Positions 1 through 9,271 of a stretch of 64,000 bases of DNA are shown here, piece by piece. Location of the stretch: IMG/VR virus record IMGVR_UViG_3300033153_009093, positions 32,001 to 96,000 of that record. One strand, 5' to 3'. Each line of letters opens with the position of its first letter. Position 1 is the stretch's first letter. The stretch comes from a virus. Made by a program: the position numbers and the translations under genes. The notes under the pieces were generated by a model, which saw only the letters and a program-made list of their open reading frames with translations, made no database searches and was not told where the DNA came from.

Positions 1-2
1 AT

Positions 3-155
3 TATGGAGGGTCAGTAGTTTACACTTCCGTTGTTCCAGTTGCTATTACCCCGGCTATTACTGAAAGAGATTTGGCGACTTATAGAGTAATTTATACAGT
101 TGATTCAGTAGATGTAATTCATCCTGAAATTATGGCGAGAATTGATATTGTTTAA
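3..155 (+). CDS. 3' end of a probable major capsid protein (partial, continues upstream of the window)
   Basis: Frame 3 reads YGGSVVYTSVVPVAITPAITERDLATYRVIYTVDSVDVIHPEIMARIDIV then TAA TAA. The PVAITP and VIHPEIMARIDIV spacing resembles the C-terminus of gp23-like HK97-fold capsids. A strong terminator follows. Confidence 0.5.
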   Translation, partial: YGGSVVYTSVVPVAITPAITERDLATYRVIYTVDSVDVIHPEIMARIDIV

Positions 156-178
156 TAATTATATCTGAAAGGAATACT

Positions 179-209
179 AAAGGAGGGTTGATTTATTCGC
201 CCTCCTTTT
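179..209. terminator. Intrinsic terminator hairpin, probably bidirectional
   Basis: Stem AAAGGAGGG/CCCTCCTTT followed by a T-tract, between the convergent capsid-like gene and cysC. Confidence 0.85.
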
Positions 210-212
210 ATT

Positions 213-725
213 TTAGATATACTTATTTTCTTTTAAATAATTTATTATATGAGTATTGCATTCATTTAAAGTTAAGGTCTTAGTATTTAATTTAATATCA
301 AACTTTAATGATGGTTCAAATTTTTGAGAGATGCCAGTAAAATTTTTTATATTTGTATTATATAATTTTTTAGGATTTCTTTTAATGCACGTTTCAATAT
401 CACAGTCAAGATATATTTCAATAATATTATCAAAGTTATTTCTAAGAATATTTCTTATATTTTCTGTCGGTGTTATAAAAGATATAATAATATTTTGATT
501 ACTTTTTAATAGCAACTTTGTTACTTCTTTTAATCTTCTAATGTTTTCTGTTCTATCAATTAAAGAATATTCTAAATCTGAAGATACCCCTTTTCTAAAT
601 TCATCTCCATCTAATTTAATTAAATTAGGCAGTGTATCATTTAAATTATCATATAAATAATTTGCAATGGTAGTTTTCCCAGAACCAGACAATCCGGTTA
701 AAAATATAATAAAATTTTTTTTCAT
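213..725 (-). CDS. cysC: Adenylylsulfate (APS) kinase
   Basis: IFLTGLSGSGKTTIA P-loop, LDGDEFR, DRTENIRR, ISFITP, EIYLDC, KRNPKKLY and FTGISQKFEP are typical CysC motifs. Confidence 0.92.
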   Translation of the reverse strand: MKKNFIIFLTGLSGSGKTTIANYLYDNLNDTLPNLIKLDGDEFRKGVSSDLEYSLIDRTENIRRLKEVTKLLLKSNQNIIISFITPTENIRNILRNNFDNIIEIYLDCDIETCIKRNPKKLYNTNIKNFTGISQKFEPSLKFDIKLNTKTLTLNECNTHIINYLKENKYI

Positions 726-727
726 AA

Positions 728-1060
728 TTAGCGTTTTGTCAATAATATATCATATCGACCATCGACATTATTAAAATTAAGATTACATTTTTGTTTATAT
801 TGTGATATTTTTTTATTAATATCATTCATATACTCTATAACTTCTATTTTCATAATTTTTTGATCCTGATATCTATTTTCATAACTCTATAAAATATAAG
901 TATAGCTATCTATTATAGATTTACAATAATTAATATCAACCATATGAATTTCTAAATTACTAACATCATAACTTTTGTTATTCATATCAACGCTATATAA
1001 TATATTCGGCTAACTTAAAAAAATAATTAATAATAAACAATATAATAATTCTTTATTCAT
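728..1060 (-). CDS. 110-aa protein with N-terminal hydrophobic segment (2 in-frame TAG); possible lysis or spanin-like protein
   Basis: MNKELLYCLLLIIFLS*PNILYS...LLTKR-TAA. Its ATG overlaps the TGA of the upstream gene (ATGA). Confidence 0.7.
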
Positions 1061-1368
1061 TTAATATACCTACTATTTAAATCTGTTAATTCGGTTTCCA
1101 ACTAACGTAGTTCTCTTTTTATAGATATAGGCATTTCATCATTTTCTGAATATTTGTCACGTAAAGACTATATTCTTTCTTGTATATTTCTAATTTTATA
1201 TAAACTAGCAATAGCATTACATTTTTCTCCGATTTCCATTATCTGGCGTTCTAATAAAATCATCTCTGTTTTTTTTACAAATGATCTATTATAATTTATT
1301 AAATAACCGATAGCGGTAAACGTAAATAGTGTAATTGTAATATAAGATGCAATTTTACCACTATTCAT
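1057..1368 (-). CDS. 103-aa membrane-anchored coiled-coil protein (2 in-frame TAG); i-spanin or holin-like candidate
   Basis: N-terminal TM (IASYITITLFTFTAIGYLI). Reading through TAG at 1168 and 1102 extends the ORF to TGA at 1057, giving an ATGA overlap with the next gene. Confidence 0.75.
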
Positions 1369-1417
1369 TATATATAACCTTTAGATTTATATAATTAATT
1401 ATATAAAATTATTATAT

Positions 1418-1597
1418 TTATTCTTTTGAATAAATGCTGCTTGTAGTTCCTAATTTACGATACAGTGGTTGAAAATCATCTTTACTACAAGCAGCATTCT
1501 ATTCAGACGTGCTATCAGTATCACCTACATATATAGGGATATCAAATAATGTCAATGTCGTGCTATCCTAATTACTACTATCTCCATAATAAAACAT
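1418..1597 (-). CDS. 59-aa hypothetical protein (2 in-frame TAG)
   Basis: MFYYGDSSN*DSTTLTLFDIPIYVGDTDSTSE*NAACSK...KE-TAA fills the intergenic gap. Confidence 0.55.
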
Positions 1598-1608
1598 TTT
1601 ATTACCCT

Positions 1609-1875
1609 TTAATGAACTGTTTCACTTTCAACAGATATATACATATTATGAAACCAATTTAATAACTCATTTATAAATGATTTTTCTGTTTTTATCTTCT
1701 GTAATAATGCTATTGCAATGTTTGAAGCTAGTAAATTTTTATTTGATATAGCAGTTGGAATAATAATTTTACTGTCAACTTTTGTGTCTGTTACTGGTTC
1801 AAAAATTACAACCGATGCATTTTTATTAATTATTAAATATACTTCATCGTCTTTCAACTTAACTGTTTCTTGCAT
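1609..1875 (-). CDS. Hypothetical protein
   Basis: 88-aa ORF with ATG start, TAA stop and upstream AGGA; no recognised motif. Confidence 0.7.
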   Translation of the reverse strand: MQETVKLKDDEVYLIINKNASVVIFEPVTDTKVDSKIIIPTAISNKNLLASNIAIALLQKIKTEKSFINELLNWFHNMYISVESETVH

Positions 1876-1939
1876 GATTTAAATATCCTATTTTTAAATT
1901 AATTAGTTATTACTTAAAATATAATATTGCGAGGGGTCT

Positions 1940-2434
1940 ATGAATAAAGAAAAATTAATAAAAATGCGTATTGCTTTAAAAAAATGGCTAGGAAATCCAC
2001 AAAATAAAAACAACCACATTGAAAAATTAAAAATTCTAAATAAATTAAATAGTATAAAATTAGAACTAAGAAGGATGGGGTATAATAAACGAGCGGGAAT
2101 CAAAGAAAAAAATATTCCTAAATCTAATAATGAATTTCATGAGCATATAGATGAATATAGATATTATTCTATTTTAAAAAGATTAAATGATCAATATATT
2201 AAGTGCAATTGTAAATTTAATCTTAATGATAAAGTTGCTACTACTGATGATAGAATTGGATTTATAAACAATATTATCGTTTATCCTGATAAAGTAACTA
2301 GAGACCAGTCAGGTATATATTTAATATTAAATATGTGCAAAACTGATGGAACAAAAGCAAAAAAATTACTTAGACGATCAAGATTAGATAATAAAGGTTT
2401 TCCGATTGAAGAAATAAATCTTTATATAACTTAA
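1940..2434 (+). CDS. Hypothetical basic protein
   Basis: 164-aa ORF, RBS GAGGGG, TAA stop. Confidence 0.75.
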   Translation: MNKEKLIKMRIALKKWLGNPQNKNNHIEKLKILNKLNSIKLELRRMGYNKRAGIKEKNIPKSNNEFHEHIDEYRYYSILKRLNDQYIKCNCKFNLNDKVATTDDRIGFINNIIVYPDKVTRDQSGIYLILNMCKTDGTKAKKLLRRSRLDNKGFPIEEINLYIT

Positions 2435-2447
2435 TATTTTTAGTATA

Positions 2448-3005
2448 TTATGAACCAAAGGTTAAATAAAGTGCTATACCAATATATCTTTCTAAAACCT
2501 TTTTTACATAATAACTACTACCATTAACATACTCATTCAAACCTGCGGGCAAATTTCCTTCCTTTTTAGTATAATAGGTAATAACATGATTTCCTGCTGT
2601 TATGTTATTACCTATTTTTTTTAGATCATTTATATTATTTATATTATATATTTTTTTTAGTTCCGGCAACCATAGCGGCATTACTTGAGTTAATCCCACC
2701 GCACCTTTTGATGAAACTGCATCTTTATCAAAATTTGATTCAACTGATGTAATAGCCAGCATTAACCAAGGGTCATTGGTATTTTTATAAACGGCTTTAA
2801 TTATATTATCAATATCTGCTTTCGTTGCACTTCTTTTAGCATAAAATTTGCACCATTTAAATAATAATTGTTTTTGTTTGCGAGAAAGTTTAGTATTTTT
2901 AGCAACCTTTAATTTTATCTCATTCGGTTTATAAACAGGTATAATATCTATTGGTTTATAATAAATATTATAACATAATAATGACGTTAATATAACTGTT
3001 AGCAT
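2448..3005 (-). CDS. Lytic transglycosylase (SLT domain) with hydrophobic N-terminus; probable endolysin
   Basis: SLT motifs AITSVESNF (catalytic Glu), KGAVGLTQVMP, NITAG and YVNG...YVKKV. All three Trp are TGG. Confidence 0.88.
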   Translation of the reverse strand: MLTVILTSLLCYNIYYKPIDIIPVYKPNEIKLKVAKNTKLSRKQKQLLFKWCKFYAKRSATKADIDNIIKAVYKNTNDPWLMLAITSVESNFDKDAVSSKGAVGLTQVMPLWLPELKKIYNINNINDLKKIGNNITAGNHVITYYTKKEGNLPAGLNEYVNGSSYYVKKVLERYIGIALYLTFGS

Positions 3006-3009
3006 AATA

Positions 3010-3552
3010 TTAATATTGAGTTGATATTAATCTTGTATCATTAAAAATTAATAATTCTTCTAATGAATAATTAGAAATGGACGTTTTTAAAGTTGAATCT
3101 TCTTCCAATTTATCTGCCTTATATTCATTAAATTCATTATATAATAAATTTAATGAATCAATATTATTTAAAGTTATCAAAACTATTCCATTAGTTGTAT
3201 CTTCTGATGCTTTAAAATCTAAAGGAAAAGTTATGGTATCTTTTAATAAATATAAATTAGTTAAATTACTTTGCTAAAATATTGTAGACTATATTTTAAT
3301 ATTAGGATATAAACTAAATGTAAATCCATAATAAATTATTGCAGTTGTAATAGCTGATATCATTTCTGCAATTTCATGTCTTAATAAATTAATAGATGCA
3401 GTGGTCAAATCTCCCTAACTAGGTTTAGTTCTTGTATCATCCTATGCTATATTTGTATATTCTGTAATGGTTTTAAACATACCTGAATATAAAGGATTGG
3501 GGCATAATGAATCTAATCCTTTAGATGGATAATAGTAAAAATTATTGATCAT
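3010..3552 (-). CDS. 180-aa hypothetical protein (4 in-frame TAG)
   Basis: ATG at 3552 with GGGGA RBS; open to TAA at 3010 if TAG is sense; abuts the SLT gene. Confidence 0.75.
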
Positions 3553-4339
3553 TCAATTCCCCTATTTTGTTAATAATAAATTTTGTGCCTCGTAAATCTA
3601 TTTTACAACTTTTTATAGATTTTATTTGTAAATAAAGTTCATCATTAGCATTACAACAAATAGGTAATGAATCCTTAATAGTTCCACAAGTATATTTTTC
3701 TTTATTTCTAATGTTTCGTATATTATACTTAACTTTTTCTAAATAGCAAGTTAATAATGTTCCATTGATAATATTATTATTTTGTTTTATTTGTGTATAA
3801 CAAATATTTTTTTCATTCAATAAATTATATACTAACATATTATATGATATATAATATTTACCTGAATGTAAAATTTTAATTTTACCGATTATACTATCAT
3901 ATTCAAAATAATTAGTATTGTCAAGATTTATTTCAAAATTATTTAAATTATTCTATTTAAAAGATGATAGTATATAATCATCTTTTAAATATCCATATAA
4001 TATATAATTATTCTAAATATCCATTTCTTCTTTTAATTTATACTATTGGGCGCTTTTTCTCACATAAGCTTTAAAATCATTAGGAGCATCACGTAAAGAA
4101 ACGCAATATTTTGATTCTAATGTTAAATGATCAAGTGAATCGGGTTTATTTAATATTACATTATCATAAATAACTCTTATAGAATCATTTATAATCAATG
4201 TTCTTAATTCTTCAGAGTCATATATATCCGATATTGTACAATAATTTGTTAAATCTATAGTACTGTCAACTGATATATATAGCCCAATATCATCTATAAA
4301 TATATCAGTTGAATCAGTATTAGTTATCTAAATATTCAT
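3542..4339 (-). CDS. 265-aa virion-type protein (4 in-frame TAG); includes track ORF 3542..3838
   Basis: Open from ATG 4339 in frame with 3838. Its N-terminal module is paralogous to that of 4343..5470. Confidence 0.75.
3896..3924 (-). promoter_or_regulatory. Candidate sigma70 promoter inside a coding region
   Basis: Minus strand TTGACA-N17-TATGAT, about 50 nt upstream of the in-frame ATG at 3838. Confidence 0.4.
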
Positions 4340-4342
4340 GTA

Positions 4343-5470
4343 TCAGATAGATCCTCCTGTTTTTGATAAAAATAATACAACGACCGGATTTTCAATATCT
4401 GAACCATCTGCGTATACTTCTATATTATCACCTTCGGAAAAATCTACATTTAATGTAGTATCCCTGTATGTAGTATCATTAATAATATTAATATCTACTA
4501 TATTAGTAAATGATCCATTTTTTCTAATATAAATATTTGAATTAACTATATTCTTTGATGTCATTATAGAAATGCTTACTAAAGTATAATCTGCATCTAA
4601 TAAAATTGATGATTTATTAGAATAAATTTCATTAACTTTTAAATATACTTTATCCGCTTTATCTTTTCTACTATAAATAAAATTTTGTCTCGAAGCTAAC
4701 CATTTTTCTCTAACAGTATCTTTTCCATATACAATACCATCTACTATTGATATATCTTCTAATTCAGTGGCATTAGTTTCTAAATCTAAAATTCTATCAT
4801 TTATATTAACATCACTTAGTTTTAACTATGAAGTTGTATCATATACATAATGAGATTTGAAATTATTACCGTCATCTTCAACAATAACGGCATTATTTTT
4901 TACAGGTACATGTACATTATCAAAATATAAACCATTCTAAATATATACTTTTTGGTCTGTCTACTACGTAGGTATTATTCTATCATTTATTTCTACATCA
5001 GCTAAAAATGCCTAATTAGTGCCATCATATTTATAATACTTTTCATCGGTTGTATTAGCAAATATGTCATTTATGTTTACAGAAGTAGGTTCAGTTGAAT
5101 CAATGTCAATTACTATATATTTTACTGGTTCAATCTAAGGATTTTCTTTTACATTATCATAATGTATTGTAGAATCTCCTGCATTTTGTAATTCAGATTT
5201 AGTATAATGTTGATCTTTTACATTATAAACATTTTCTCTTGATAAATAATCTAATGCATTAGATATATTTAAATCAACTGAACCATTATTAAGTACTAAC
5301 GATGTACCATCTGATATTAATGTTTTTAAATCATCACTATTACATAATTCCGCAAAAGTATATTGATTACTTAATACTATTGTAGCATCCGCTTCAATAT
5401 AATACCCCATATCGTTTATTAAATACGGAGAACTTAATAAATTTTTTATAATTGTCGTCTATTCGCTCAT
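4343..5470 (-). CDS. 375-aa virion/tail-type protein (7 in-frame TAG); joins track ORFs 5135..5410 and 4343..4564
   Basis: Contains YYKYDGTN*, KVYI*NG, IVEDDG...YVYDTTS* (DUF2793-like Trp motifs) and VYGKDTVREKWLAS. Ends in TGA. Confidence 0.8.
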
Positions 5471-5498
5471 AATTAAATACCTTAGTATATTTATTATA

Positions 5499-5891
5499 TT
5501 AATTTAAAATAATTTTTAATAAAGGATAATCTATTCCTTTATTTGATTTAATAAATATTTTTAATTTTTTATTTTTATTTAATAATATCTAAATATCTTT
5601 TATATAATACTCCTTAACATTTTTAGATATTATAACATCATATATAATATCATTATCATTATATAAAAAAATTGTTGAATCCGATTTGGTATCCTTAGAT
5701 AAAAATAAAATATCTTTTATATATACATCAGTATCTGATACAAATCCTATAATATTTGATGGAATTTCATTCTAATAGAAAAATCTATTCGATGTATTTA
5801 TAGATTTTATATAATATATTAAAATATTATTATTATATAATGATGTTGTTGTATCTGTTATACTATAGTTATCTAAATTATATACTAACAT
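5499..5891 (-). CDS. 130-aa hypothetical protein (2 in-frame TAG)
   Basis: MLVYNLDNY...RFFY*NEIPSNIIGF...KIILN-TAA fills the gap exactly. Confidence 0.65.
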
Positions 5892-5911
5892 TGCCACGCT
5901 CTTTTTATTTT

Positions 5912-5949
5912 ATATCATGGTATAGCGAATATTCGCTATACCATGATAT
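5912..5949. repeat. Perfect 38-bp loop-less palindrome
   Basis: ATATCATGGTATAGCGAAT/ATTCGCTATACCATGATAT; intergenic. Confidence 0.9.
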
Positions 5950-5954
5950 TTTTA

Positions 5955-6284
5955 TTACAACTGTTTTATAATTTCTCCGGCCCATGACGGAACATTTACT
6001 TGTGCAAATTTTGAAGGGTAATTTTTCAATGTTGAAATAATATAAAGTTTGACCGCTTTATAATTCATATTAGTTTCATGGAGCACTGTCATAGAATTAA
6101 CTTTATTTTCCATTCTTCCAGTAATAATTTTATGAGTAACACTTTTTATAAAGCGGTCATTTTTACTACAAAAAGCCACTGAATATAGAAGCTTATCGCC
6201 TTCAAAACGATACCCAATAGAAATGACACCGTTACGAGTTGTATCATTTTGATTTCCAAAATACATATATTTAATTTTGTCCAT
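5955..6284 (-). CDS. Phage hypothetical protein
   Basis: 109-aa ORF with AAGGA RBS; motif VAFCSKNDRF...KIITGRM resembles small phage proteins. Confidence 0.75.
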   Translation of the reverse strand: MDKIKYMYFGNQNDTTRNGVISIGYRFEGDKLLYSVAFCSKNDRFIKSVTHKIITGRMENKVNSMTVLHETNMNYKAVKLYIISTLKNYPSKFAQVNVPSWAGEIIKQL

Positions 6285-6300
6285 ACTTTATCCTTATAAA

Positions 6301-6693
6301 TTAATTAATATAATTAGCTATAATATTTTTTACTTGCCGCCCGTTTACGCTACCATTAGGAAAATGTTTTATAACTTTTCCAATAGCGGCCATAGGGTTA
6401 ATTTTATCGAAGTCAATATTTTTTAAATATGAAATAATATCTTGTTCAGAAATTTGGACAGGAAGATATCCCATTAAAATATCCGTTTCAATATCAGCTT
6501 CAGATTGATCGGTGCAAGATTCTTTTAAAAATTTTAATGTTTTATTAATAACAGATATTATATAATCATCATCATAATTTTTATCTGACTTTCGTTGAAT
6601 ATCGAATATTAATACTCTTAATACTGATATTTTTATTTTATTTTTTAGTTTTAAAGCATTAGTTAAATCTACTTTAATTTTATTATATATCAT
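6301..6693 (-). CDS. yqeY: GatB/YqeY domain protein
   Basis: IKVDLTNALKLKNKIKISVLR, IISVINKTLK, ETDILMGYLPVQIS and MAAIGKVI...NGRQV match the YqeY pattern. Confidence 0.8.
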   Translation of the reverse strand: MIYNKIKVDLTNALKLKNKIKISVLRVLIFDIQRKSDKNYDDDYIISVINKTLKFLKESCTDQSEADIETDILMGYLPVQISEQDIISYLKNIDFDKINPMAAIGKVIKHFPNGSVNGRQVKNIIANYIN

Positions 6694-7325
6694 ATTTGAT
6701 ACCGGTTATGATAAAAGAAGACACATTCAGGTAATCGTAGAGGAATTTTTGATTGTTTGTATATATCACAATTTAATATTTTCTTAGCATGTTCCATTGA
6801 TTTAAAAAATGAAATGTGTTGTTTTTGTTTACAATTGGGCTGTATTGGTATAGTGCCAAAAAATAAATCCGTTGAATATTTTTTACATTTTAATATCACC
6901 TCCGATGATTTATATAAATGCTCTATGACTTCAAATGCCATAATTATATCATACTTATTATTTAAATTATCTAAATAAATATTAATATCTTCATGTAAAA
7001 ATCGTACATTATTTATAGAATATTTATTTTTTAAATAATTACATCTTTCTATTCTATTCTTTGAAAACTCTATTGATGTAATCTCGCAATTATATTTTTT
7101 TGCTATCAATAAATCTAATATACCATGACCACATCCTAAATTCAATATATTTTTTCCTTCTAAATCAATTTTAAACTTATCAAGAATAAATAAAAAATGA
7201 GTCTAATCTAATGAAGGAGAAATTTTATTACCCGTTTCAAATGAGTTTATACTTTGATTCAATAAATGAATATCATTTTCATATGTATATAGTAATTTTT
7301 CTTCTTCTATATATTTACATTTCAT
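6690..7325 (-). CDS. Class I SAM-dependent methyltransferase, 211 aa (1 in-frame TAG at 7203); paralog of 11826..12440
   Basis: ILNLGCGHG, YDIIMAFEVIEHL, GTIP. The ATG at 7325 overlaps the upstream TGA (ATGA) once TAG is read through. Confidence 0.85.
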
Positions 7326-7525
7326 AATTCTTTTACTCCTTCTTCTTGCTCTTTTAGCATTTTCTGAAATTGTTTTTCTAATTCAATACAATTATAAACT
7401 GCATTTTCCGATTCTTCTATTCTAATTGTCCAATTATCTTTATCGTATCTTGTATAAAAAGAATAGCAACTTTCATCAGTTTCAATAAAATGTATTATAG
7501 CTTCAGTGATTTGTTCTATTATCAT
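7322..7525 (-). CDS. Hypothetical acidic protein
   Basis: 67-aa ORF overlapping its neighbours in an operon-like arrangement. Confidence 0.65.
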   Translation of the reverse strand: MIIEQITEAIIHFIETDESCYSFYTRYDKDNWTIRIEESENAVYNCIELEKQFQKMLKEQEEGVKEL

Positions 7526-7817
7526 ATTTATTCGATAATCCTTTATAATTTTTTATAAAATTAAACATTTTTAATTGGCGTTCCGTTCTTGTATCGCATG
7601 TATAATACTGTTCGCAATCTATACAAATGATATTTCCTAAATGAATGCAAGGATATTTTTCACTAAACATTTTATAACAATCAAATTCATCGTTATAGTT
7701 TTGCTCAAATAATGAATAATTAATCATTGGTTTATAATTTTTCGCAGCTATTAAATCTAGTGAATCATATTTAGGTAACCTATAAAATAATCTTAATAGA
7801 TATGATAAAAAGCTCAT
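7503..7817 (-). CDS. Hypothetical protein with CxxC
   Basis: 104-aa ORF, CIDC...C, ATGA overlap with the endonuclease stop. Confidence 0.65.
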   Translation of the reverse strand: MSFLSYLLRLFYRLPKYDSLDLIAAKNYKPMINYSLFEQNYNDEFDCYKMFSEKYPCIHLGNIICIDCEQYYTCDTRTERQLKMFNFIKNYKGLSNKYDNRTNH

Positions 7818-9268
7818 ATATTTCCTTTCGTTTTAAATTTTAATTTTCCGCAATCCCATACTCTATCATAACCATTATTCAAACAATTCCGATATTCTGT
7901 CAATTCAGGATTATATGTATTAAATTTTTTCTTCAATATCTTTTTTTGAAAACCTCTTTTATGAAGTAGATATGACTTGCCTCTAAAATAATAATAAGAA
8001 GGATCGACTTCATGAACAAATTTAAATCCATTTTTCAAATAAACCTTACCTTCAAAATATCGAAGGTCTGCGAAAGTATATATTGAATTAAAATTATAAT
8101 TATTAATAAAACATTTCAATAACTTAGAAAAAGCGCCATGAACTAATGTATTCTTTTTATTAACAAATCTTGTCAATTCGTAATCTTCTTTGTTTTTTCT
8201 AAAAGATATTGCGCTAACTAATTGATCTTTATAATATAACCCAAAATGTTTACCTCCAAAAAATCCTTGAATATGATTATTATTAAAGAAATCTTTTGAT
8301 ATTTTAGAATTAATTATTTTTATTTTACATTTCCTTGCACCGATCTTTGTTTCATAAATATTTAATTTTGCGAGAATAATAGATTTTATTATTTCTTTTT
8401 TAAATATCCATTCTGGTTCAAAGATAGATAGTAGTTGATGTCCTTCTTTTTTACAACCTAAATATTTTTCTTGATGATATCTAATAGGATTTTTATTATT
8501 ATTTTTTAATACTTGTTCGGAATGCCAGTAAATGCCGTTAAATTCAATTGCAAGTTTAAAAGAAGGTATCACTATATCTAACTCTTTTCCGTTCAAAATA
8601 GACCTATTAGACTGCTCGTAATCAATAGTTTTAGAATCAAGGAAAGCGCATATTTCTAATTCTGGTTTTGAAATATTTTTTGAACACATATTACAACCAT
8701 TTCCTCTTAAATGACCTTCGGGGGTTTGTTTAAATATTCCATGGATTGGACAAATAATTTTTACATGTTTTTGAGAATGTATATATATAGTAACTGAATA
8801 ATCATACTTATTATTATATATATTATTTGCCCTATGTATAAATTCTTCAATAGTTAATGTTTGATATTTTCCTCTTTTTTCTATTGAACACTTTTTACAT
8901 CCTTGTAATTGATTCAAATGCGCATCTGGAGTTTGTTTAAATATTCCGTGAATTGAACAAATAATTTTTATCTTGGTTCTACAATTCTTATATTCTACTA
9001 ATGAATAATCATACTTATTATTATGAACTTTACTAGCTCGTTCAATAAATTCCTGAATTGAAAATTTTTTATTATTAATTGAACACTTTTTACATCCTTG
9101 TAATTGATTCAAATGTGCATCTGGAGTTTGTTTAAATATTCCATGTTCAGAGCAAATAATTTTTATCTTGGTTCTACAATTCTTATATTCTACTAATGAA
9201 TAATCATACTTATTATTATGAACTTTACTAGCCTTTTCAATGAATTCTTTTGTTGTTAATTTTTTCAT
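7814..9268 (-). CDS. Hef-like homing endonuclease: three KYDYS...CxxHG...GCxxC Zn repeats, a PD-(D/E)XK/Vsr-like nuclease and a C-terminal acetyltransferase-like domain
   Basis: Repeats KYDYSLVEYKNCRTKIKIICxxHGIFKQTPxxHL..GCxxC; ELDIVIPSFKLAIEFNGIYWHS; ARKC..NHIQG..ELTRF..ADLR..VWDCG. Confidence 0.85.
   Translation of the reverse strand: MKKLTTKEFIEKASKVHNNKYDYSLVEYKNCRTKIKIICSEHGIFKQTPDAHLNQLQGCKKCSINNKKFSIQEFIERASKVHNNKYDYSLVEYKNCRTKIKIICSIHGIFKQTPDAHLNQLQGCKKCSIEKRGKYQTLTIEEFIHRANNIYNNKYDYSVTIYIHSQKHVKIICPIHGIFKQTPEGHLRGNGCNMCSKNISKPELEICAFLDSKTIDYEQSNRSILNGKELDIVIPSFKLAIEFNGIYWHSEQVLKNNNKNPIRYHQEKYLGCKKEGHQLLSIFEPEWIFKKEIIKSIILAKLNIYETKIGARKCKIKIINSKISKDFFNNNHIQGFFGGKHFGLYYKDQLVSAISFRKNKEDYELTRFVNKKNTLVHGAFSKLLKCFINNYNFNSIYTFADLRYFEGKVYLKNGFKFVHEVDPSYYYFRGKSYLLHKRGFQKKILKKKFNTYNPELTEYRNCLNNGYDRVWDCGKLKFKTKGNI
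8883..9247. repeat. Near-identical intragenic tandem duplication, 195-bp period
   Basis: About 170 bp at 8883-9052 recurs at 9078-9247 with few substitutions and encodes two Zn-finger repeats. Confidence 0.9.
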
Positions 9269-9271
9269 TTA

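Noticed and set aside
8883-9247. Repeat as a CRISPR array or insertion sequence
   Set aside because: It is an in-frame 65-codon duplication of a Zn-finger repeat, with no spacers or terminal inverted repeats.
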